Assembly (NCBI GenBank): GCA_050084985.1 | Contig: JBITNC010000001.1 | Span: 93,620,001 to 93,684,000 of the forward strand | From: Nageia nagi | Lineage: Eukaryota > Plantae > Pinophyta | Length of the DNA stretch: 64,000 nt | Direction: 5' to 3' | Part shown: positions 54,166 to 64,000 of the stretch, piece by piece | Numbering within the stretch: position 1 is the stretch's first letter | Layout: each line of letters starts with the position of its first letter | Translations under genes and position numbers: made by a program | Notes under the pieces: model-generated | The model's database searches: none | Told to the model about the DNA's origin: nothing | The model's input: the letters and a program-made list of their open reading frames with translations, nothing else

Positions 54166-56916
54166 CTGGGAGATATGAAAGAATTAAGGAATATTCATCA
54201 CCCATAAATTCCATTCCAATAACATTGAAATTTATAAGAATCAAAAATCCATTACCCAGTAAATCAGCATTGCAAGAGGACATCTAACATGCATCCAACT
54301 TGTGCAATATTCAGAATAGTTTTATGTTTGTCAGGTGCCATGAAAGACTTTCCCAAAAAGGTAACAAATTTGGAATGACTTTTTAAATAGAATGTTATGA
54401 AGGTCAAATAGAACCTAATAAATAGAAGTAGTAAACAAAAACAGCTAAAGAAATGTCAATTAAAGATAAAATAAGAGTAAACAATAGCAAAACCAGCTTC
54501 CTCATCAATAGCAGCTTTAAGGCTATCAGATAGTGGGTGTGAAACGTCTAACTCACCAAACCAACTAGTGATCATCTCATGAAGAGAACAAACTCAAACC
54601 AATGATACAGACTTTTACTTTTTTTCGAACAGGATTTCAGTAAATAGCATACATGTTGTCAAAGAGTGCAATCCTCCATTTGTATCTTTGCATCTTTCAT
54701 CCATTTGATTTCTTCTTGTTTTATATATATAATATATTTAAGAGTGTGTACAAGAAACCATATCTCCATAAAGAATAAGTCACAAAATTGTATAATGATG
54801 CGACTACCACATAGAAAAATTTCTTCCAGGTTCAGAAATAAGTATCTTTAAATATAAGAAGCATAGCAAGGACAATCCATTAAAATAGAAGGATGGTTAC
54901 AGCTCCATTTGGTTCAGCAGCTTCTTCTGTTTAGTCCAAATTGAAGAGTCTTATCTAAACCTATGATGAAATTATAATGCAGAAATGAATTAATCAAAAC
55001 ACAAGGAACACATGAGATTTACCCTGGTTCACCCAATGTGGGCTACTCCAGCATGTCAAGAGCAGCTCGTCCTTCTATATTATTGCTTACAATGAACAAT
55101 TCACCACAAATGGCTCATTACAATGAATATATAGGAAAACTGTTAACCCTAAACCACAACCTGGTATTAGAACACCATGGGCTAAACCACTCATCCTCAT
55201 ACTAAGATGAAACCTTGGAAATTAAACCAAGTGTAAATAGGCGAATCTCGAGGCCCGGTGTACAGTATTTCCTCTGCAAAGGATGAGCCATATCCAACAT
55301 TCTCCCACTTGGTGAATACTTTGTAGAAAAACTACAAAACATATTTGCTCCAGTATTTGGGCTAGCCAAACCCATTTCTCCTGTACACCACATGAATTTC
55401 TCTGTGCTAACAGCCTTGGTCAATGCATCAACAATATTTTCCTTTGTGTCCATTTTTTCAGCAACAGTGTTCAATCATGTCCCTGATGAAGTGGTACTGA
55501 ACATCAATGTGCTTGGTTCTTGCATGAAAAGCAAGATTCTTAGCTAGGAATATAGCACTTTGGCTATCACAATTCACCTGCACAGCTCCTTGTGCAAAAC
55601 CAATATTAGAACATAATCTTTGCAACCATATTGCTTCTTTGCTTGCATGAGTGGTTGTTGTGTATTCAGCTTCATTAGTTGAAAGGGCAATAACAGCTTG
55701 CCTTTTACTCATCCAACTAATGGCTCCTCCAAAAAAATTGAAGACATAGCCACTAGTAGATCTTCTATTGTCAAGATCTTATGCCCAATCTACATCAATA
55801 AAACCATCAATATCCAAGGATTTTTCCTTTCTTTTCCCTTGATAACAAATTGAAAAATCTATTGTACCACGTAAATATCTTAGCACTCTCTTCATAGCAA
55901 TCTAATGCTCTTTTTTAGGCTTAGACATGTATCTACTCAGAACTCGCATTGCATGTGCAATATCAGGTCTGGTACAAACCATGGCATACATCAAACTCCC
56001 TACAGCATTTGCATAAGGAACACGGGACATTTATTCAACTTCTTCTGTCTTTGGGCATTGTTCAATAGATAATTTTGTTCCCAAAGCTATAGGAGTTTTC
56101 ACAAGTTTGGAATCATGCATATTAAATCTCTTTAATATAGTCTCAACATATTTTTTTATCTAGCCACAACTTTCTGTTTGACCTATCTCTCCTTATTTGC
56201 ATGCCGAAAATGTAATTTACAGGTTCAAGGTCTTTCATATCAAACTGTTGTGCTAAAAGAGACTTCACAACATTGACCATTTTACTACTATTTCCCAATC
56301 AACAAAATATCATCAACATACAATGTTATGATAACAAAATCATTACCAACTTGCTTCATGTATATACAATGGTCATCATTGCTATGAATAAAACCAAGTC
56401 CTAAAACATAAGTATCAAATTTTTGATACCACATCCTAGGTGACTGTTTCATTCCATATAGAGATTTTTTATAGCACAAACTAGACAGCACTGTCAATCA
56501 TTCATTCGAATTTGGCATGACAACATGAGAAGCATTTCATCATAATTACACATACATACACCACCTTTAACTTAGAGAATTTTTGGTCTAGCAAGCAAAA
56601 GTTCCTTACAAATGAATCAAAATGGGGTATAAATAGTTTTGGAGCAACCAGCAGTGTTGCCCTAACCCTAATCACAAGTTTCAAGAAAAATAAACGCGGT
56701 CCAATAATAAAATGCCACATGGCATTACAAGATTTATTCCAGCACTTGTGGGAACAAATCCTCATCCATCACAAGGCTGTACAAAATTTAATAAGTATTT
56801 GGAATCCAAATTTAAAATAAAATTGCAATAAATAAAAATGTAAAATAAACTAATTGTTGCGCTTGCAACATCCTGCCTTGAAGGTTCTCAGGTCTATTCT
56901 TGCTGATCCACCTTCT

Positions 56917-57384
56917 CTATCTCTGCAACATCGAGCTTAGGACCCCATTGCTGGCTTGTTGATGGTACTCCTGTCCATCTGTGGCTACCTGGTCTTGAAG
57001 ATAATCTGGATTGGAAGGTGTGGGCTCTCCTTCTAGGCTCAGCTTCCCTTGCCCCTCTTCCAGCTCCTTCGCCAGCTTGGTGATATCCCTTATCCGTTCT
57101 GCCCCAGTGGTTTTGACTTCATCAATCTCAATCTTTAGAGTATGGGCCTCCAAGTCTTGTGGCTCCTTTGGATCTTTGTTCAAGGCAACTTTGGTGATAG
57201 AAAGTTTGTTCACCTTGAACACGAATCTTTCGTCTCTTGCTCTCAGGCTAGGATCCTCGTGCAATGATCTTATTAAGGCTGTGATGTCAACATTGTGCCT
57301 TTGTCTTGGCGAGGTATTGCCAGTGGTCATGCCTCCCTCTGTCTCACCTCCTTGCTTTGGTTCCTCGAGGTTTGGTTCGACCAT
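56917..57384 (-). CDS. Uninterrupted ~155-aa ORF of unknown function inside the nested LTR fragment
   Basis: Runs from MVEPNLEEPK to SSMLQR* with a natural-looking charged composition. TATA-like CTTATAAAC lies ~65 nt upstream. Confidence 0.4.
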   Translation of the reverse strand: MVEPNLEEPKQGGETEGGMTTGNTSPRQRHNVDITALIRSLHEDPSLRARDERFVFKVNKLSITKVALNKDPKEPQDLEAHTLKIEIDEVKTTGAERIRDITKLAKELEEGQGKLSLEGEPTPSNPDYLQDQVATDGQEYHQQASNGVLSSMLQR

Positions 57385-57644
57385 TCTGGTGCACAGGATG
57401 AGGTGCAAGATAATCTGAGTTTGGAATAATGAGCTCCCCAGGCTGGTGTTTATAAGCAAATTTTGGTCTCCAAGAAACCCTAGTTGTCTAAGCATGAGAG
57501 GAATTGATCTTGGAATGGCCGACCTCGAGATGTGTTTGTACTCAAACTTCCATGCCTGACTGTTGGAGATCAGATGTGTGGCCTCTGGGACTTTCTTTGA
57601 AATCTGGCTATTTCGGGCATATACCCTGAACTTGGAGCATGCCG

Positions 57645-58685
57645 AAGAAAGACAAGATTTTGTCTTTTGAAACGGTGCTCCCAACTCTCTCCTAAGCTAG
57701 GAGCATGTTACAGAAAGACAAGATTTTGTCCTTTGACACAGTGCTCCCAAGTCTCTCTTAAGCTAGATGTGACCTGAACTTGCTCGTTTTTGCTCATCCT
57801 GGCATCCCAACTTGCCAATTTTGCACAATAGACTGACCCAGAGGCCCTTCCAAGCCTAGCACATGATTTCAAAAGACAAGATTTTGTCTTATTGAAATTC
57901 CCTCCAACTTCTCCAGCTCTTCCAATTCGGGTGCATGGTTTCAAAAGACAAGATTTTGTCTTTCTGAAACTCCCTCCAACTTCTCTGGCTCTTCCAGTCT
58001 GGGTGCATGGTCCAGAAAGTCAGGATTCTATCTTCTTGAGGCATGCACTAGGTTGCAGGTGGCTAGATTTGCTTCATTTTGGGTCTTTTGGTCTTGGGAC
58101 TTAGCCAAATTTTCAAGTTCACTCTGTCTTGGTGTCTTCCCAGGCTTGGCGTATGCTCCCAAAAGTCATGAATTTGTCTTTTTGTGGCATGCACCAGCCC
58201 CTTTAGTCATGCTAGGGCAAATCTGGGCTTCGAGGCTCCATGCCTTAGCCAAATTTTCCACTTCGTCTTGTTTAGAAGCCTTCCTGGGCTAGGCGCATGC
58301 TCCCAAAAGATAAGATTTTGCCCTTTTGAGGCATGCCCCAACCCTCTGGGTGAGTGCACTTCATCATTCTGAGTCTCAAGTCCATCTTGGCAGCCTCCTA
58401 ACTTGGGCGCATGCTCCCATAAGACAAAATTTTGTCTTTTTGAGGCATGCACTAGCCTTGAAATGCAGTAAGTTACTGTTTCTGGGCCTCCATTCCATCC
58501 TAGATGCCTCCCTGAGCTTGGCGCATGCCCTAGAAAGACAAGATTTTGTCTTTTCATGGCATGCGCTGGGTCCAGAAGTGACCCAGTTCCACTTTCCGCA
58601 CTTGGATTTTAAATCGGGCGACCTCCTGGCTCGAGCGCATGTCCCAGAAAGACAAGATTTTCTCTTATTGGAGCATGCGCCAGGA
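57645..58685. repeat. Degenerate ~60-bp repeat with palindromic GACAAGATTTTGTC core
   Basis: More than 10 copies of GCATG....AAAGACAAGATTTTGTCTTT. Confidence 0.85.
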
Positions 58686-61600
58686 CTAGGAGTGACCTGA
58701 ACTCATTTTGCTTGGCTCCGACTCGACACCAATTTTCCAGTTTCACCTAAACTCGACTTAAATTCCCAAACTTAGCCATTTTTCAAGGGTTTTAACTCTT
58801 GAACACGACATGACTAGGACTAGGTTGTTTGGGCACATTTGGGTGATGGGCTAATAGGCATGATATTGAGTTCGTCCAAGGACATGGAGAAGCTGCATTG
58901 ACTAGGTGCCAAACGTGTGTAAGTTGCAGACGGTCCCCAAAATTGCGAAATTTTGGGGCGGGTTGTGTAAGGCACAACAAGTTTTTCCTATGTTACTTTA
59001 TTCCTAGAATCATTTTTCAATTCTCTAAACACCACATCTCTATTGTAGGCAATACTCTTAGTTTTTGGATTTCAAAGTTTATAACCTTTAATGCCATCTT
59101 TATAACCAATAAAGATACACTTAACAACCTTGTTTTCAAGCTTACCCTTTTTTTCCTTTGGAATATGCATGAATGCATCATAGCCAAAAACTTTAATATG
59201 TAACATAGACGGTTTCTTACCAAAAAATGCTTCAAATGGAGTTTGGTCAGGCAAAGCTTATGTAAGAGACCAATTTAATAGGTAGCACGTAGTATCCACT
59301 ACTTCTACCCAAAATTCTTGTACCAATCCAACAACATTGAGCATGCTCCTTGCCTTTTCCATAAGAGATCTATTCAATCTCTCAGCAACTCCATTCTATT
59401 GAGGTGTATATGGAGTGGTCTTCTGCCTTGCAATACCACATTTTTTACAGAATTCCTCAAACTTATTTGAACAATATTCTCCTCCATTATCACTACTAAC
59501 ACCTTGATTTTTTTCCAATTTGGTTCTCAACAATTGCTTTAAATTCTTGAAATTTATCAAACACTTCAGCGTTGCTCTTGAGAAAATAGATCCATGTATA
59601 TCACGAAAAATCATCAATTAGAGAAACATAGTACCGTGATTTTCCAAGGGATGGTACAGGAGCAGGACCAGAAACATCACTATGTATCAAATCTAGAACT
59701 CCTTTAGATCTTGTAGCACCAAATGGGAAACTCACACGTTTCTGCTTGCCATAAAGACAATGCTCACAGAAATCAAAACCCATAAAGCAATCAAGAAAGC
59801 CTTCAACCATACCTTTTGTATATAAAGTCTGCAATCCCTTCTCTCCAATATGTCTCATTCTTTGATGCCAGAGTGTTGACACATCAACCGAAGTTCCATC
59901 TGATTTAGCCTCAGAAATAGATGCACTATTGCACTAAGGCATCACAATGCTTCCCAACAGCTTATACATGGTTCCATCTCAAACCCTTCATGCCAACACC
60001 ATTGATCCACGAACCAATTTACATCCATTCTTATTGAGACTGAAATCTACATCTGCATTAGCCATCTTGCTTATAGAAATCAAATTTCTAGCAAAACGAG
60101 GAATGTGTGCCACACCTAGGAGGGTTCTCACCCTACCATCATGAAACTTTATTTTCACCTTTCCACCACCAACGATTTTGCAAGGACTACCATCTCCCAA
60201 GAGCACCTCCTCTCCATCACATTCTTCATATTCACAAAACCACTCCCTATGAGGAGACATATGAAAAGAGGCTCCCGTATCAATTACCCAATTATTTTGA
60301 TCTGATCTAGTGGAGCACGATGCCAAATATGCATCCCCAACTTCATCATTGGACTTTTTGGCTTCTGCAAAAGTGGATTCATCAAATCTCTTCCCTGGAT
60401 CTGCACCTTTTGATCTACAATCTCTCTTCAAATGGCCAATCTTACCACAACTCCAACATCTAGGACCGGATCTACCTTGAGACTTAGATCTACCACCAGA
60501 TTTACCTCTGGATTTTGATCTATCAATACATCTCGATTTCTCTCTTTCCTTTGTACATCCTCTTACCACTAGGACATCATTTGATTTGCCCTCCATGGAT
60601 CTTCTTCTCAAATCCTCTGATAACAAAGATGCCACCACATCTTCAAAGGATAAACCAAAAGAATTACTTCCAATTTCTACAACCAGATTATCCCATGAAT
60701 CTGGTAGAGAGCATAGCAATGCAATGCACTTATCTTCTTCTGCAATCTTAATATCAATAGATTGAAGTTGGCTCACTATCATATTGAATGCATTGAGATG
60801 ATTTGCTACTTAATCTCCCTCATACATCCGAAGATTTATAATTTCTTCCTGAAGAAGAGTTTGTTAACCAGGGACTTACTTTGATACAAAGCCCTCAACT
60901 TCTCACAAAGAGCATTTGCAGTCTTTTCTCCAGAAATGTTAATCAACACCAAATCAGCAAGACACAATCGGATTAGACTCCTTGCTTTCCAATTCAATTT
61001 CTCCCAATCTTCATCGGAAGTACTATCTAGTTTCTTTTCAGAGACAACATACCACAGATATCTGTCCACTAACAAATCCTCCATCTTAAGCTTCCATAAC
61101 TCAAAGCTTTTTCCATCAAATTTTTCAATCTTGATCCTTGATTGACTTGTAGACATTTTTCTTCTTCAAGATCTTTCTACATAAAGCTCCCACTCAAGAA
61201 TAGGTTTTCTGAAACACCTAGAAACCCTAGATCCTCTTCAAACGAACTAAACCCTAGAAATAAAGGCATCCTTCTATGGCTAAAAAAACTCAGCTCTGAT
61301 ACCAGATGAAGAGTCTTATCTAAACCTATTATGAAATTATAGTGCAAAAATGAATTAATCAAAACACAACACTCTCACAAACACAAGGAACACACGAGAT
61401 TTACCCTAGTTCACCCAATGTGGACTACTCCAACATGTCAAGAGCTTCTCCTCCTATATGATTGTTTACAATGAACAATTCGCCACAAATGGCTCATAAC
61501 AATGAATATATAGGAAAACCCTAAACCACAACGTGGTATTAAAAAACCATGGGCTAAACCACCCATCCTCATACTAAGACGAAACCTTGGAAATTCCACC

Positions 61601-61992
61601 AACGCCATGTGTAAATAGGCGAATCCCCAAAAAAAATTTCTCAGGGGGGCTCCCATCCCCCAAACCCCCCTGGCCCGATGAGCAGGACCATCGAGGTAGG
61701 GGCCCAATGTACAGCACTTCCTCTACAAAGGATGAGCCATATCCAACACATAAAAAACCGAAAGTATTCTTCTTAAAATTAGGATGTTACTCAAGCGTGT
61801 TTTGTTAGCACTTCAAAACAATTAACAAAATTTTTAAAACAAAATGTCTTATTTATATAAATATAGAAAGAGGCCTCGCTAAATATTTTGACTCAGTGAA
61901 CACTGGTACCCTCTCTCTTAAGATATTTGATTAGTTTGCATTTGCAGACAATCTACTATTGCAAAAAGACAAGAGACATATGAAGATCTTAC

Positions 61993-62249
61993 CAACTGCC
62001 TGGGCAAAACGAGGTCTCTGATCTGGTTGCAGATAGGAGCAAGCAATTCCAAGACGAACAACAAGACATGGCCTTAGCTGGATGTCAAAACCATGCCAAA
62101 ATACCAGGTTTGACCAGCAATCTAACTCTTGCGGTGTGAGGAAGTAATATGTTTCCCTCCACCGAATGGTTTTCTTGACTGATGACATTAATAGAGAAAA
62201 GTCACCACTTGCTGCAAAATAAAACCTTTCCAGTTCATTATCATTTACC
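61993..62249 (-). CDS. CRAL-TRIO/SEC14 lipid-binding domain protein, internal exon
   Basis: AG|G...G|GT boundaries. Encodes VNDNELERFYFAASGDFSLLMSSVKKTIRWRETY...FWHGFDIQLRPCLVVRLG...RPRFAQAV. Upstream exons appear to lie outside the window. Confidence 0.9.
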
Positions 62250-64000
62250 CTGCATGCATAACATTAAGACCATCATCGAGAGATAATGCCATATAAAGAA
62301 GAACTAATGCATATTAATTTAAGGTGTTCCTCCACTAAACTATGTTCTTTGATTTTGAAGGAAAAAGCTATTGAATCTCTACTTTAGACCCTTCTTTTCA
62401 GAAAAACTTAATGTACTCGCATTATATGCATGTTCATTGTATATATCACAGGAGTCTAGCTAAAGCATGTAGAGCAATAATATACATAATTAGTTTACAC
62501 TATTCTTGGGAATTATGAAACAAGTAAAGATAAACTTTTGCATAGCAAGTGGTAATCTGGCAAAAGTCAATATGAATAGTAGGGGCACATAGTTAATGTC
62601 TGCAAAAAATGGGATAGCAGAAATCAATCTGGCAGTTCTAGGAGAAATATATGGGACCCACTGCAAATTCACTTGTGGAAGGAAGGAAGTGCCTTGATTC
62701 AAATTCCTAAACTCTCTAAGAGAAAGCAGCAATCCTTATTCTAAGAATATAATCTGATATGTTCTCTTCCATAAAAAGAAAACAGTATTCAACCAAACAG
62801 ATTCCAAAGGAGTTTATATGAGTCCATCAATCAAGAGTCTACAAGGAGAGAACCACACCCAATAAGAATGGTGCTGAGGAGGAAATGAAACCAGTTTTGG
62901 AACTATGACCAAAATTTCTTCATAAACATCACGCACGTTTTTCTCACACAAAAAACAACAAAAGCATGAGATTCCCACTTTTTCAAGGACGTTTGACAAC
63001 CAACCCATGATGTTAGACCAGCCAACCAACCTCATTGTTAGTTTAGGAGGTTCATGCTTTATTGCTTTCCATATAGACTAAAAGTGCCTTTGCCACCTCT
63101 ACAAATACAATTGATTTTCAAACATCCGCTCAAACAAGGGATGATATTTGAGTAGTGCCTTTTTGTCCATTGATTAGTGTTAGATCAGCAAATCAACCTC
63201 ATTGTAATAGAAGGACGTTCATGCTTTCCGTATAGACTTAACAGTGGCAAATCATGCTTTCCATATAGACTAACAGTGCGTTTGCCACCACTTATGCATA
63301 TCATTGACCTTCAACCATCATTCCAAACAAGGACTGACTTTTTTGGGGTGCCTCAACGAATCATATTAAATCTTTTGTGCAGTGGTTATCCAAGGCTTTT
63401 CCACCAGTGCGCTTTCAATCTCTCCAATAAAAGCTTGATCTTTGAAATTTGAACCAAAAATCTAAATGATCATCTGGCGTGTTTATTGAGATACACCTTC
63501 ATCAGAAATATGCAGAGCACAGGACTTTACTCCCAGAATGGAAAACACTGCAGTTAATCACAAATACAATTATTACCTACCCAAAAATTCCCATTTTTAC
63601 CAATGTTTTAAATGATAAAGAAAGCAGCACATTTTTTGATTTATCTATAATATTTTGTATATTTCAAACCAAACAAATGTTTTCGAGGAAAAACAACCAC
63701 CTCCAAACATTTGCCTCTTTTGATTCGAAGTTCAAACCAAATTTTCCATATGTAGTAACTGTGACTAAGACCATGTCAAGGGAAACTCCTATATCCCAAG
63801 CACTATACCTGAATGTATCAGATCTCATTTTGAGAAGGACAGCCATGCTTAAATGTAATGAGAGACTTCCAAAATTTAGCTCACTGTTAACAAGAACACA
63901 GAACCCATATGCTATGCAAGGAGTGAATAAGCCATGAAGATCTATTGCTGCAACTGAAGGTGAAACACAGGAGGAGAAAATGAGATTGGACAAGGCAAAC

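Larger units (their letters stand above)
56492..58979 (-). mobile_element. Nested, truncated gypsy-type LTR fragment inside the copia
   Basis: Minus start TGTTGTGCC..CCCC.AAAATTT resembles the start of the 48623-50984 solo LTR. It is GC-rich, carries AGACAAGATTTTGTC repeats, and replaces the copia INT-RT linker and RT N-terminus. Confidence 0.75.
54942..61748 (-). mobile_element. Tnt1/Tork-like Ty1/copia in the SEC14 intron, same orientation as the gene
   Basis: LTRs at 54942-55299 and 61307-61748, PBS-Met at 61293-61304 and PPT at 55300-55312. Motifs: gag KIEKFDG, knuckle CWSCGKIGHLKRDC, protease WVIDTGASFHM, integrase, RT LYVDD and RNase H KHIDV. Confidence 0.95.

Noticed and set aside
57708-58700. 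Cluster of 60-124-aa ORFs on both strands
   Set aside because: By-products of a GC-rich tandem repeat.
62490-62732. Upstream SEC14 exon (NQGTSFLPQ)
   Set aside because: Only superficial resemblance to the expected preceding sequence, and no convincing splice boundaries.
63010-63350. ~168-bp local duplication
   Set aside because: Ordinary intronic tandem duplication with no further signal.

Overview
AT-rich, strongly CpG-depleted plant genomic DNA. Long TE-filled introns and old nested LTR elements suggest a large-genome seed plant such as a gymnosperm (inference). About 1-43 kb is an intergenic stack of decayed retroelements. (1) A tandem Ty3/gypsy array on the minus strand (LTR-internal-LTR-internal, tRNA-Trp-like primer site) encodes gag but no recognisable pol, and carries an antisense Plant Mobile Domain (PMD) ORF. 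It is inserted into a Tnt1-like copia. (2) A ~2.6 kb GATGA(TG/CA)TGG minisatellite is split by a non-coding LTR element. (3) A related copia has INT-RT-RH but no visible gag, with RY-motif and 46-bp arrays in its leader. (4) The rest comprises copia and gypsy relics, an RTE-X-like LINE, a tRNA-derived SINE and LTR fragments. From ~45.9 kb to the end lie the last three coding exons of a minus-strand CRAL-TRIO/SEC14 gene with a C-terminal TM segment and an apparent 1-nt frameshift in the last exon. Its two complete ~7.7 kb introns hold a PPR fragment, a solo LTR with perfect TSD, and a copia interrupted by a gypsy LTR fragment carrying an intact ORF. All alignments and translations were done by eye, and boundaries of decayed elements are approximate.
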